Below are positions 41,274 to 51,554 of a stretch of DNA of 64,000 bases, piece by piece. Source of the stretch: a virus (lineage: Duplodnaviria > Caudoviricetes); IMG/VR virus record IMGVR_UViG_3300014204_000114, positions 96,001-160,000 of that record; one strand, 5' to 3'. The notes under the pieces were generated by a model. The model worked only from the letters and a program-made list of their open reading frames with translations, did no database searches and was not told the origin of the DNA. Each line of letters opens with the position of its first letter. The first letter of the stretch is position 1. A program made the translations under genes and the position numbers.

Positions 41274-43805
41274 TTACTCTTCTTCATTCTCTTCTTCTCT
41301 TTCCTTATCTTCAACGCCGCAGCCCTTATCTATCATATCAAATGAACTTTGGCTAGACGAGAACTGCCTTTTCTCTCTTTTAGCTTTTGCTTCCTCTACT
41401 CTCTTTTGATTCTCAGCCTCTACTTCGTCAGCGCTAACACTTAAGCATATTGAAGACGCTGGGAAAAAATCCAAATATGTCGTCTTTTTATAATCGCTTA
41501 TCTTGTTTTTGCCAACTATAAACTCAAGTCGAGGGAGCTTAGCGGGTCTTCCATAACTATCATTTCCTATATGATAACATGTAGCATACTGTCCAGACTC
41601 GTGCATGTCATTATATAGGTGACTTATGAAATTAGTACGATATTGTATAGCAACAGTCTCAGATATATTGTTGTTGCTCGGCCTTATCCCGGGACCTAAT
41701 TTTGTATACTCCATAGTACTAAAAATAGGTATGTGTAACTCTACAGCCAATCCTTTTACTACGTCAGCCATAGTTTTGAACCTAACACGCTCATCTTTAT
41801 TACTAACATCTCTAAAATCGCCAAGGTTATGGAAGTTATCTAAGAAATAAACAACTTGTCTATCTGGATATTTACCTTGCCAATACTTTATTAAGTCTCT
41901 TGAATATTCTAAAGAGTTACCATTTGTTGCATCCTTCACGATAAAACGGCCACTGTTAGCCATATCTACGAGTTTTTTATATCCAGCTTCTCTTATACTT
42001 CTGATCCTTTTTTCCGTACTCTTATCGTCGAAGAACGGATGTTTGATCTGATTGATAGATGGATATTCTTGTGGACCCATGTCTAAGACATCTGCCGCAG
42101 CAATACATATAAACTTGGGTAGGAGCTGCTGGAGCGAATCATCAATAGTATGATAAATGCACACAGCATTATTATCAACTTCCATTTTAGCTATCTCGTA
42201 ACAGATCTGGGCCGCGAGGCTGCTTTTTCCGGAATTCTCCTTTCCGCCTATGACTAACCAGACATCTTTTCTACACTCTCCGTCTATAGCTTCTTCTATA
42301 TTTTTGAGTCTATCTAATTTAAAACCCCACTCTTTATCTGGGTCTTCCTCTGAAGCCTTTTGGTCATTTACCGTGTCTACAAAACTTAAAGAGTCGTAAG
42401 CTTCCAGAGCTCTAGAACCTTCCACTTCGTGTAGTTCTTTAATAGCACGCGTGAGAATGAGAGGAGCCTGTTCTGGATTTCTCCTCGCTTCCCTAAAAGT
42501 ATTTTCTATAACATCATTTTGTCTAAATCTTACCTCTCTACCTTTTTCGGATTGAAGTCTCTGTAGTTCCGCGAGGATAAATGATACGTCTACTCCGCTC
42601 ATAAGAGATAGTTTTTTTGCTAAGGGCTCCTGCAGAATAAGACTTCCTTCATTTAGAATAAAGGGGATCATCGTCTGGCAGACTTCCCGCCCGTCTAATT
42701 GGTCATCAAGTCTTGATAGCTGCCATTCGAAAGCTGTCCATGGCTCAAGAGCTTTAAAGGAGTCTATACCTCTTTCTCTTATATAATCGTCAGGATCCAT
42801 ATCGAATGGTATTTTAACTATCCTAACACGCATATCCGTAAGGCCGCTAAAGAATTTCTTAAGAACGTCCTCTACTTTTTCTTGCCCTTCAAAATCCCCG
42901 TCAAAACATAAGACTATATCGTTAATCTTCAATCTTCGAAGTTCGCTGACGTGAGACTCTGTAAAGGCCGTACCTCCTACGCAGACGACATTCTCCATTC
43001 CATGATGCCATGCTGTAATAGCGTCTGGATACCCTTCAACTATATATAGAGGTCCAGGAGCTTTCCTGGCTATATTAATACCGTATAGTCTTTTCCTTTT
43101 CTCGTATATATTAATCTCTCCGGAGCTTGTTTGATTAACGTATTTTGATGCGCCGCCGCCTTTAACAAAATCTAGATTCTTAGAAGCGAATCCTATAGGA
43201 GTACCATACTCATCTTTGATAGTAAAAATCAAACAGTTTTGAGAGAAAAGATCACTTCTGGAGAGGTCGGCTTTTTTTAAAAACTCGGGAGTATACCCAT
43301 TAGAGCCCATCATTTCGTGCCAGAATTCATCAAATGTAGAGACTGAACCTATACCCCACTCCCTTACTTTCTCTTCTTCCCATCCTCTACGAGCTATTTC
43401 CTGCTTCACTCTTTCTGAGAATATAGAAGTTGTAATGATTTGGTGAGCTACTTCGTAAGCGGAATAGACTTCAAGTCTTGCAAGTTGAGACTCATCCAGT
43501 ATTTCTTCATAAGGTTCTTCAAATAATTCGCATAAGTACTTGAGAGTGTCAGTAAAAAACTCAGGACCATGTGTTGGTTTGTCATCTAGGATCTTGCACG
43601 CGGAGAAGATATCAAATACCTTACCGCACCCAAAACAATAAAGATTGACTTTGTCCGGGGTTACATGCAGAGAAGCATTAGTGTCTGAGTGGTCTGGATT
43701 TATGCACCTATATAGACCGTTTTTAGCTCTTGGGATTTTCTTTAATTCGAGGTAGTCTTCTATATAAGGTTTAAATATCGCCTTTACATCTTCTATAGTA
43801 CGCAT
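41274..43805 (-). CDS. primase-helicase fusion (Zn-binding + TOPRIM + SF4 helicase)
   Basis: CINPDH...CFGC, KYVN, IVEGYPD, CFDGD, Walker A GGKENSGKS, FLDNFH, GKNK. Confidence 0.9.
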   Translation of the reverse strand: MRTIEDVKAIFKPYIEDYLELKKIPRAKNGLYRCINPDHSDTNASLHVTPDKVNLYCFGCGKVFDIFSACKILDDKPTHGPEFFTDTLKYLCELFEEPYEEILDESQLARLEVYSAYEVAHQIITTSIFSERVKQEIARRGWEEEKVREWGIGSVSTFDEFWHEMMGSNGYTPEFLKKADLSRSDLFSQNCLIFTIKDEYGTPIGFASKNLDFVKGGGASKYVNQTSSGEINIYEKRKRLYGINIARKAPGPLYIVEGYPDAITAWHHGMENVVCVGGTAFTESHVSELRRLKINDIVLCFDGDFEGQEKVEDVLKKFFSGLTDMRVRIVKIPFDMDPDDYIRERGIDSFKALEPWTAFEWQLSRLDDQLDGREVCQTMIPFILNEGSLILQEPLAKKLSLMSGVDVSFILAELQRLQSEKGREVRFRQNDVIENTFREARRNPEQAPLILTRAIKELHEVEGSRALEAYDSLSFVDTVNDQKASEEDPDKEWGFKLDRLKNIEEAIDGECRKDVWLVIGGKENSGKSSLAAQICYEIAKMEVDNNAVCIYHTIDDSLQQLLPKFICIAAADVLDMGPQEYPSINQIKHPFFDDKSTEKRIRSIREAGYKKLVDMANSGRFIVKDATNGNSLEYSRDLIKYWQGKYPDRQVVYFLDNFHNLGDFRDVSNKDERVRFKTMADVVKGLAVELHIPIFSTMEYTKLGPGIRPSNNNISETVAIQYRTNFISHLYNDMHESGQYATCYHIGNDSYGRPAKLPRLEFIVGKNKISDYKKTTYLDFFPASSICLSVSADEVEAENQKRVEEAKAKREKRQFSSSQSSFDMIDKGCGVEDKEREEENEEE

Positions 43806-43834
43806 TCGCTTACCCTCTTTTTGAAGTTTAGGTT

Positions 43835-43863
43835 AGATTAGCAGATTTTTAGGGAGATTGCAA
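43835..43863 (-). promoter_or_regulatory. sigma70-type promoter of the primase-helicase
   Basis: Minus strand TTGCAA-17-TAATCT. Confidence 0.55.
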
Positions 43864-43868
43864 GCAAA

Positions 43869-44798
43869 TTATTCATCATCGTCTTCATCTGTCGGAGGTT
43901 GGATAGCTTCGCCGGCATAACATAGCTTTCTATAGTCACAATAAGAGCATTGGAAGTCGCCTACTGTCTTGCCTTTATAGAAATTCTCCATTTTTGTTTT
44001 TGAAATGAGCCCTAATTGGAAGTATCTTTTAGCTTTATCTTCAGTATAGGCGTAATCATAATCTCTCGGAGGGACTACGTCTTCTTTTATGTAGCGGCCT
44101 AGTAAAGCGAACCTGTCATATATATCTTCCATCGAGAAGTTAGCAACCAGCTCATAAGTTATATTCTCTTCTCTTTTATAGAGGGGTAGTCTTACCATTC
44201 TGCCTGTAATAGGATCAGGAGTAGGATCACTTATAGCTACGTCGTAAACTATTCTTTTCGCATTGCCGCGGTCTATATAAAATAACTTAAAAGCTTCGTA
44301 TTCTTTGAAATGATCTCTGTATAACAAGGTTTGTAGAAGGTGCTGGTCTTTGGGCTGGCCTCTTCTCTTTACTGTTCCTATAATTGTCGCGTCGGCCATA
44401 TAAGAGTAAATGGTTTTAACTTCTACTCCTATTAAGCCCCCGGTTTCTTTGTTTTTTAATACCCCGTCTATCTTTCCGGAGATATTATAATTCTCATCCC
44501 TAAATTCTACCTGCGTACCTGCCAACACTTCTCCGTATCTCCAGAACTCCATTAAGGAGTCTTCTATATCCTTGCCGAATTGGCAGATATACTCCCCTCT
44601 GGCGGACATTGGAAGGGCGTCCTGACCTTTATTGGTTAATCTATAGTACGACTTGCGTATGCAGCCGCCTATAACGCGGGTAGATCCATCGATTTCTCTG
44701 CTTATAACAGAGGCTTCGGAAGGATAGAAGTATCCTGATACTTTTCTACCTGAATTATGGGTAGTAATAAGTTTGTCAGTAAACTCTAAGAGGTTCAA
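43869..44798 (-). CDS. Cas4-like exonuclease
   Basis: YPSE...CIRKSYY, SGKIDG, VEVKT, QTLLY, CSYCDYRKLC. Confidence 0.85.
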   Translation of the reverse strand: MNLLEFTDKLITTHNSGRKVSGYFYPSEASVISREIDGSTRVIGGCIRKSYYRLTNKGQDALPMSARGEYICQFGKDIEDSLMEFWRYGEVLAGTQVEFRDENYNISGKIDGVLKNKETGGLIGVEVKTIYSYMADATIIGTVKRRGQPKDQHLLQTLLYRDHFKEYEAFKLFYIDRGNAKRIVYDVAISDPTPDPITGRMVRLPLYKREENITYELVANFSMEDIYDRFALLGRYIKEDVVPPRDYDYAYTEDKAKRYFQLGLISKTKMENFYKGKTVGDFQCSYCDYRKLCYAGEAIQPPTDEDDDE

Positions 44799-45000
44799 AG
44801 ATTATTAACTCGATTCGTTAGTACCGTTAATTGTGATTGTATACTATTAACTGTCGTTTGAAGTGTTTCTAGTGACGACTGTAATAGGACCATTAATTCG
44901 TTTAACTGTTTCTTAGAGGCTAGTTGGTCTGTTTTTTCTTGTAACAAATTAACTTGCTCTTCAATGTTGACTATCCTCTCTGTTTCAGCGGCAGACCACG

Positions 45001-45306
45001 TCATGGTTTTATCTCCTCCGGGATTGATTCCTTTTCGCCCTCGCAACCAAGTTGGGGAGCTTCGGTTTTATTTTTCGTGTCTACGTAGTGGTGACCGACA
45101 TTTGCCGCGAAATATCCGCCGAGCGCAGCCAGCACTATCGTTGAAAGTATACCCTCGCTGAGAGGAAGACTCCACTGAATCCCAAAGGATCCAAGAGTTT
45201 GGACCAATATCCATGTGGATATATAGAGTCCGTAACTAACCTGAATAACCCATTTGGATAGTTTATACTTTCTCGAATCTCCGTTTATCTCAGCATAGGT
45301 CGCCAT
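45001..45306 (-). CDS. holin-like membrane protein
   Basis: Two TM helices, SRKY...GYFAANV. Confidence 0.55.
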   Translation of the reverse strand: MATYAEINGDSRKYKLSKWVIQVSYGLYISTWILVQTLGSFGIQWSLPLSEGILSTIVLAALGGYFAANVGHHYVDTKNKTEAPQLGCEGEKESIPEEIKP

Positions 45307-45357
45307 ATTATTTACAGCCCTTTTTCTTCTTTTTATCCGCCATTTTTTATTCCTCCC

Positions 45358-45708
45358 TTATTGATGATTTCCATTCCCATTAAGTTTGCCTATTAACCTA
45401 CTAAGTTCTTGGGCAACTTCGGATATGGATTTATTGATTTCTTGGATTGTTTTATTGAAGTTAGAGGCTATTTCGGATACTGCTTTTTCCGTAGTGAACA
45501 GTCTCATTTCTGTTTTTTCAACGTCGCTTTTTTGGACAAAGGTTTTGAATGCATCGACTTGACATTTTTGGCACTCCTCTTTCTGGTGCTGGGTTTGAGT
45601 CTCGACAACATCAATCCTGCGTCCAAAAGTTATTGCGAAAAATGTAGAGACTACACCCCCGACAAAACCTGCAATTGCAAATAGGATTTTTATGAGTTCG
45701 CCGTCCAT
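45358..45708 (-). CDS. TM + coiled-coil protein (lysis cassette-like)
   Basis: N-terminal TM followed by a heptad-rich region. Confidence 0.5.
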   Translation of the reverse strand: MDGELIKILFAIAGFVGGVVSTFFAITFGRRIDVVETQTQHQKEECQKCQVDAFKTFVQKSDVEKTEMRLFTTEKAVSEIASNFNKTIQEINKSISEVAQELSRLIGKLNGNGNHQ

Positions 45709-45775
45709 ATGGATCCTTGTTCAGTATTAAATTATAAGTGAGGGTGCAATTTGCCCCTGTCACCTATAGTATACA

Positions 45776-46594
45776 TTAAAGTTTAAGTTGGTCAATAGAG
45801 CGTGCTACAAAGAGTGACAATTCCCCATTAGATTCTTTATTTAGGAACTTCTCTATCATTTTTCTCACTCCACCTTCAGATTCGTATTGGTACGGCGCGC
45901 CATCTATAACTATATCTCTAACTGTTTTAAATTTATGTTGTCTGTACTCATCTAATGAGACTATAAAATCCCGATCTTCGAATTCAAAGGCATCTCTTAT
46001 AGCTGATAGGGTTATCATTATATCTCCGACACTACTTTTATACATTATCCTAGACCATATCGGAACCTTCTTCGAATCTGGCAGTTCGTTATAATAAAGC
46101 AGTTGTAAATCTTTTACATTTAAAGCGTGCAGCACACTAAAGATATGACTTCCAGACATGGTCAGTATGCTCTCTCTTCTTGTACGTCCGCACTGGAGAG
46201 ATCTTATATGTATCTGATGATGCTTTTTATCATCTAAAACAGACCTTATTTTTAGAAGTTTATCGCTAACTGAGTTTAAGTAATCGATAGTCAATGTCAG
46301 ATTTTGTTCTCTTGCTAAGGTAACTAACTCTTCTGTTTGGAATAAAGTCTCAGTAAAAATCTTTTCGCAGAATACATTCTTACCGCCAAGAAGCATCTTC
46401 TTTGTTATCTCGTAATGAGTAGGAACTGGCGTGGCTATAAAAACATGTGAGATGTTATTATCTTTGGCTACGTCATCTATTGTTACGGCAGACGAAGTAT
46501 TAACCTGTATAACTTTCGAGGTATCATAAAAGCTAGACAGCTCTTTTAGTATAACAGAGCCCCAATGTTTATTGCCTATTAGCGCATAACTCAT
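45776..46594 (-). CDS. Gfo/Idh/MocA oxidoreductase
   Basis: ALIG..HWG, FIATP..TH, VFCEK. Confidence 0.85.
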   Translation of the reverse strand: MSYALIGNKHWGSVILKELSSFYDTSKVIQVNTSSAVTIDDVAKDNNISHVFIATPVPTHYEITKKMLLGGKNVFCEKIFTETLFQTEELVTLAREQNLTLTIDYLNSVSDKLLKIRSVLDDKKHHQIHIRSLQCGRTRRESILTMSGSHIFSVLHALNVKDLQLLYYNELPDSKKVPIWSRIMYKSSVGDIMITLSAIRDAFEFEDRDFIVSLDEYRQHKFKTVRDIVIDGAPYQYESEGGVRKMIEKFLNKESNGELSLFVARSIDQLKL

Positions 46595-46596
46595 AT

Positions 46597-47142
46597 CTAT
46601 CTTTTCCAGAAGTTAGGATTTATATTATACTGCTCATCAGTAATATTAAATATAGATTTTATGATGTCTTTTGTTAGTAGGCCCCAATTAGGTTCTTGGT
46701 TCGTGACACTTAGACCACTCCTAGTCAGCAAGTTAGTCCTGACTATCTCGTATTTACTCCTTGACTTTAAGACTTTGCATGGGGAGCCAGCAGCAATACA
46801 GTCAGAAGGAATACTTTTAGTCACAACACTACCAGCGCCTATAATCGTTCTGTCTCCTATCTTAACTCCTGGCAAGATAATACATCCGAAACCTATCCAT
46901 ACATCATGCCCTATATGCACCCCAATCCACCCATCATCCATCCCAGTAATAGGACAATGGCAACATATCCTAGTGTCCCCGCCTACAACCGTAAAATCGC
47001 CAATTCTTATATCTACTGGCTTCCCGGGCTTTGGAACTCTAGTATCAAGAAAGCCCCAAATTCTAGCCCCCTCACCAATTTTACAACCTAGCTTCACATA
47101 CTTATCATTTTCAACTTGTGTTAAACTTATTATTTTAGCCAT
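46597..47142 (-). CDS. hexapeptide-repeat acyltransferase
   Basis: IGHDVWIG..CIILPGVKIGDRTIIGAGSVV. Confidence 0.9.
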   Translation of the reverse strand: MAKIISLTQVENDKYVKLGCKIGEGARIWGFLDTRVPKPGKPVDIRIGDFTVVGGDTRICCHCPITGMDDGWIGVHIGHDVWIGFGCIILPGVKIGDRTIIGAGSVVTKSIPSDCIAAGSPCKVLKSRSKYEIVRTNLLTRSGLSVTNQEPNWGLLTKDIIKSIFNITDEQYNINPNFWKR

Positions 47143-48310
47143 TTTGTAGCCTCTTGTAAGTTGTATTTATTTCTAGCCCTTGCCTATTACATCGCAACCC
47201 CTTAGAAAAACACATCTTTTCGCAATCAAAATTTGGGTTATAATTAGATAGTACTATCTTATTAAACTCTTCTACATCGTCAGTGATTTTCCCAAGTCTA
47301 CATTGTTTGCCGGTTGGAGTCGAAACAGTAGAACACTTATATGCGTATCCGTCTGCCCCATATGTTATTTGATAATATCCATAAATACATTGTTTGAAAT
47401 TAAACCTATCAACATCTGTAAATTCTGGTCCAGTATAAAAAATATAAGGTTTGTCGTTTTGGCTCAAGGACAAGTAAGGAGCTAGCATTTCTCGGTACTT
47501 TGTACCTAACGGAATCTCTATGCTCTCTTTGTATTGTCTTATCTTTTCGAACGATTGGTTATAGTTGCCGAACGGTATCGAAAACCTTAGAGAGTCTACC
47601 TGGTGGTCTTTTGCCCAATTAACTATCGAAGCAAAATCTTCAGTAGTTCCGCTATGTTTTGAGATAAGATAACACAGTCTAATCGCATGCGTCGGTTTGT
47701 ACTTTTTTCTAGCCTCCAAACAAGCTTCTAAACTACTAAGAATCTCTTCGAACCAATGTATATTCTTAGTGCCTTTTGTTTTCCCCCATGAAGTTGGCAA
47801 CCCTGCATCTAAACTAACTGACAGATAATCAGTTTCGTCAGTAGCTAATCTATTTAATTCTTCTGCGAAACCAAAATTATCTATCAGTGCCTTAAGAGCT
47901 ACTCCGTTAGTATGTATGCCAAAATGGTTACCATACTTCTTTGTCATTGCTATATAAGCCAAGAAGTAGGGGTTCATCAAAGGCTCTGTATAAGCTCCGC
48001 CATATATATGATACGGAATTTTACCTTCTAGCTTATCTAACAAACTCAGACCTTTTATTTCCCAGCGGTCTAATGCGTGATCGAAATATTTCCCCCCACA
48101 ATGTGAGCAGTGTAGTTGGCACTTACTTAAATGATTGCCTGGCAAATGGATTTCAAACTGGCGCGGATATATTAAATCGCCATTAAAAAATGCATCAATA
48201 CTGTTACTGGTAGAAGTTAAGTGCTCCTCTAGCTGTTTCCAATATAAATAATAATCAGGTCGTGGGTCTACTGAATTTTGTTCCATTTGACAACACCTTA
48301 TAGGATTCAT
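47135..48310 (-). CDS. radical SAM enzyme with C-terminal Cys cluster (probably sugar-modifying)
   Basis: CQLHCSHC, GG..TEPL, HTNG, SVSLD, CIY...DG..YKC. Confidence 0.8.
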   Translation of the reverse strand: MNPIRCCQMEQNSVDPRPDYYLYWKQLEEHLTSTSNSIDAFFNGDLIYPRQFEIHLPGNHLSKCQLHCSHCGGKYFDHALDRWEIKGLSLLDKLEGKIPYHIYGGAYTEPLMNPYFLAYIAMTKKYGNHFGIHTNGVALKALIDNFGFAEELNRLATDETDYLSVSLDAGLPTSWGKTKGTKNIHWFEEILSSLEACLEARKKYKPTHAIRLCYLISKHSGTTEDFASIVNWAKDHQVDSLRFSIPFGNYNQSFEKIRQYKESIEIPLGTKYREMLAPYLSLSQNDKPYIFYTGPEFTDVDRFNFKQCIYGYYQITYGADGYAYKCSTVSTPTGKQCRLGKITDDVEEFNKIVLSNYNPNFDCEKMCFSKGLRCNRQGLEINTTYKRLQNG

Positions 48311-49085
48311 CTGTAGTTTCTAAAATACCTATCAAGTCTTCCATAGCTTTATATACTCTTATGTAATCTTTGCCGTGCTGCTCAAAGTGTTTCATCCAAT
48401 GAGTATTCATAGCTTTTAGTTCGTAAGCTCTATGAAAGAGTTTATACATAAGTCTATCTCTCCTTTCTTGGTACCCTGGAGAGTTTAGATAAGTCTTAAA
48501 GTTGTCATGTAACAAGTATATGTTACTATCCCCATATTTAAGTTTTAGTTGAGGGTCTATACCTTGATGTATCATCCCAACAATTGGGACTCTATGCTTT
48601 CTATTAATGATTCTGCAAGCCTGCACAAATCTTTCTACGACGCCGTCTGCTGATCTTTTATTCAACATAAAAGTATTATAAACGCTACAAGACGTGTCTA
48701 ATTTTTTTTGATCTTCGGGTATGTATATCCTAAAATCCGAATTTAGAGAAAATACCCAATCGTTTTTCGGGTCGCACATATTAATACCTAGCATCTCTAA
48801 TTCGCTGAAGCCATGCGTATATATCCATCCTAAAGGAATATGCACAACTTTGTACCCCTGATCTATACACCATTGAGTGGTACCGTCATTTGAATCATTA
48901 TCCAGTATGACTACCTCATTAACAAACGGGAGAATACTATTTATCATCTCTTTAAGATGCCCTAACTGGCTAGAAGTATGGCACAGCAACGACATGCCTC
49001 CAAGATCTGCATACTGACATGGATACTTATAATTGAGTAAGTAAGGGTACAGATCAGTAATACTTTTATTAATTTCGTTAGGCAT
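48255..49085 (-). CDS. GT2-like glycosyltransferase
   Basis: EVVILDNDSNDGT, DWVFSLNSD. Confidence 0.7.
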   Translation of the reverse strand: MPNEINKSITDLYPYLLNYKYPCQYADLGGMSLLCHTSSQLGHLKEMINSILPFVNEVVILDNDSNDGTTQWCIDQGYKVVHIPLGWIYTHGFSELEMLGINMCDPKNDWVFSLNSDFRIYIPEDQKKLDTSCSVYNTFMLNKRSADGVVERFVQACRIINRKHRVPIVGMIHQGIDPQLKLKYGDSNIYLLHDNFKTYLNSPGYQERRDRLMYKLFHRAYELKAMNTHWMKHFEQHGKDYIRVYKAMEDLIGILETTDESYKVLSNGTKFSRPTT

Positions 49086-49091
49086 TTTACA

Positions 49092-49469
49092 TTAAGCTTT
49101 TATGTATTTTATAATCTTTGCTGGATTACCGACTACGACAGCATTTGCGGCGACGTCCTTAGTTACTACAGACCCTGCCCCTACTACCGCATTCTCTCCT
49201 ATAGTAACTCCCGGTAATATAATAGAGAAAGAGGCAACCCATACTCCATCTTTTATTACCACAGACTTATTATATATAGCTGTTTGTCTTTTAAAACCAA
49301 GCTCCATATAGTCGTGATACCCAGTCAAAATTTTAACTCCATGCCCAAAAAATACGTTATCTCCTATAAAAATCTCGCCATTAGTATCTAAAAATGCATC
49401 ATTTAAAATTACATTTTTACCTATATGTATTTTATCATAATTATTCAAATATACTATAGTCTTTTCCAT
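49092..49469 (-). CDS. hexapeptide-repeat acetyltransferase
   Basis: IGENAVVGAGSVVTKDV...VVVGNPAK. Confidence 0.9.
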   Translation of the reverse strand: MEKTIVYLNNYDKIHIGKNVILNDAFLDTNGEIFIGDNVFFGHGVKILTGYHDYMELGFKRQTAIYNKSVVIKDGVWVASFSIILPGVTIGENAVVGAGSVVTKDVAANAVVVGNPAKIIKYIKA

Positions 49470-49936
49470 TACTTGAACCCTATAGCTAGAAAATTTACAA
49501 GATCAGTTTCTTTAGGTCCATCAGTTATTTCGATATTTTTAAATCCTATTTTCTCTAAAATTTGCTTCATTGTAGCTTTTGTGTAACACCATTTATGGTA
49601 ATTATATTCATACTCCTGTCCGCCATAAAGATGCTTAAAAAATAATTCAAGCTGATTTTTTAAATACAAATTGATATATACTCTATCAAAATCTATTGTC
49701 CTTATAAACAGCTTCCCGTTAGGCGATAAGACTCTATACCATTCCTTAAGGAGAGGCTCCTGTTCGGCCTTAGAAAAATGCTCTATAATATCACTGGCGT
49801 AAATCTCGTTTGCTGAACAGTCAGGATAGTCCAGCTCTCTAACATCCATACGTTTGATGCCAGGAATATCACGTATATCTATATTAACATATCCTTCTTT
49901 AAGGTCAAAACCGGAACCTAAATTCAGTTTCATCAC
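49469..49936 (-). CDS. SAM-dependent methyltransferase
   Basis: KLNLGSG...GYVNID...IIEH...EWYRVLSPNG. Confidence 0.85.
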   Translation of the reverse strand: MMKLNLGSGFDLKEGYVNIDIRDIPGIKRMDVRELDYPDCSANEIYASDIIEHFSKAEQEPLLKEWYRVLSPNGKLFIRTIDFDRVYINLYLKNQLELFFKHLYGGQEYEYNYHKWCYTKATMKQILEKIGFKNIEITDGPKETDLVNFLAIGFK

Positions 49937-50757
49937 TTTTCCCCAAATAAAACTATTCCCGATAAATGACCGAGTTTAGTTTCGCTAGTAGATTTCAATT
50001 GAAGATTTAATTTCGCGCCAGCAGTAATATATTCGTTTATAGAGGGTCTGAATTCATGCACTCCAAATTCGATTTCTTTGCTCATTAAATGCTTATACTT
50101 GTTTATGTAGTCTTTTTCCGTTATGTCTTCTGGACGATAAGCTTCATTAAGAGCATAAAATCTCCCACCAGGTTTTAAAATTTTATAAACTTGATTTGAA
50201 AGAAGCGATAAATCCGACGCGTGATGCAAAGCATCTAATGTAAAGATTATATCAATACTGTCTTCTTTAAAAGGGAGATTGAGCATATCAGAAATGACAC
50301 AATCAAAATCAATGTTAAATTTTTCTTTATAAGCAGCCGTCCTACCTAATCCCATAATCGGATCGTCATTACAATCTAAAGCTATAAGATTAGCGTTAGG
50401 ATATTTTGTATTAAGTATATAAGCTTCAGCCCATCCTAGGCAAGCTCCAATATCAAGAACTACTTTACCATTTAGGTCTTCTACTCCTAGTAAATAATCC
50501 AGATGTTCTTTCGGAGCCTTATAATATTTCTCAGGTAATTCAAATTGCCATTCGCCCGTAAAATACATCCCGAGATCTTTAAATACATTTATCCAAGCCG
50601 TCTTCTCTTTTTCGCACTCGTTATATGTTGGATTTTCTTGATCTAAAAGATAATAAAGTCCATTTTTGAATACGCCTTTATGCCCACAAGAACAGACAAG
50701 ATCGTCTGATAATTTTGATTTACATTTAGGGCAGCATAATATGTCTCTAATATCCAT
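49933..50757 (-). CDS. Zn-ribbon + SAM-dependent methyltransferase
   Basis: CCPKC, VLDIGACLG, LPFKEDSID, LHH, LKPGG. Confidence 0.85.
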   Translation of the reverse strand: MDIRDILCCPKCKSKLSDDLVCSCGHKGVFKNGLYYLLDQENPTYNECEKEKTAWINVFKDLGMYFTGEWQFELPEKYYKAPKEHLDYLLGVEDLNGKVVLDIGACLGWAEAYILNTKYPNANLIALDCNDDPIMGLGRTAAYKEKFNIDFDCVISDMLNLPFKEDSIDIIFTLDALHHASDLSLLSNQVYKILKPGGRFYALNEAYRPEDITEKDYINKYKHLMSKEIEFGVHEFRPSINEYITAGAKLNLQLKSTSETKLGHLSGIVLFGEK

Positions 50758-51554
50758 TATTTTATAACCTTATCTACGTAGCTACTATAGAGCCAGTCAG
50801 GACGTACGTATTGTTCTTTCTGTGTTGCGTTTTTAGCTAATATAAAAATATACTGTCCATGATTTTTATATGAACTTCTCTCGTCTATATCTATATTCTC
50901 GCCATAATAAGGATGCACATCTCGCGTGAATATTTTTTCTATTTCAAAGCCAAGTTCGCCAAGAAGCTCTTTTAATTCCTCTACAGTATACTCTCTATTA
51001 TGTCTGCCATAAGAGCCATTAGCAGAGTAAGGATCGTAGAAATTTTTACCATTTAAAACTTTTACCACGTTCTCGTGTCGTACAGCATTAGGAGTGGTGA
51101 GAATCATATATCCATTAGGTTTAATACTTTTCTTCACATTCAAGAGAGCTGCCATAGGGTCATTAGTCATATGTTCTAATATCTCACAGAAGAAAACAAG
51201 ATCGAACTCTTTATCATATGGCGTCTCATTTTCTATATTAAAATGACTGAAAGCTAAAGGAATAACGCCAGCGCCATTTATCTCTTTTACTTCCTGTATT
51301 CCTCCTGCACCAAACGTAGATCCGAAATAATTAGCAAATCTCATATGTAGTTTAGTATGTCTGAGCAAGAGCAGGCTTAAGTAATAAGGGTTAGCTCCAA
51401 GTTCTAAAGCTTCGCCTTCCTGGATTGGAATTAAATCCATTGTATAAATCAAGCGCTTGAGGGACGTGTTCAAATATCCCATCATAGCATCTACTGGGGC
51501 GTCGGCTACGCAAAATTTAGAAAGTAAATTTCTTACTTCTCTTTCATCCAACAT
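50757..51554 (-). CDS. SAM-dependent methyltransferase
   Basis: ALELGA, FDLVFFCEILEH, KPNG.MILTTPN, HNREYT. Confidence 0.85.
   Translation of the reverse strand: MLDEREVRNLLSKFCVADAPVDAMMGYLNTSLKRLIYTMDLIPIQEGEALELGANPYYLSLLLLRHTKLHMRFANYFGSTFGAGGIQEVKEINGAGVIPLAFSHFNIENETPYDKEFDLVFFCEILEHMTNDPMAALLNVKKSIKPNGYMILTTPNAVRHENVVKVLNGKNFYDPYSANGSYGRHNREYTVEELKELLGELGFEIEKIFTRDVHPYYGENIDIDERSSYKNHGQYIFILAKNATQKEQYVRPDWLYSSYVDKVIK

Noticed and set aside
43869-44798. CRISPR-Cas locus
   Set aside because: Only solo Cas4-like genes are present, with no repeat-spacer array or other cas genes seen.
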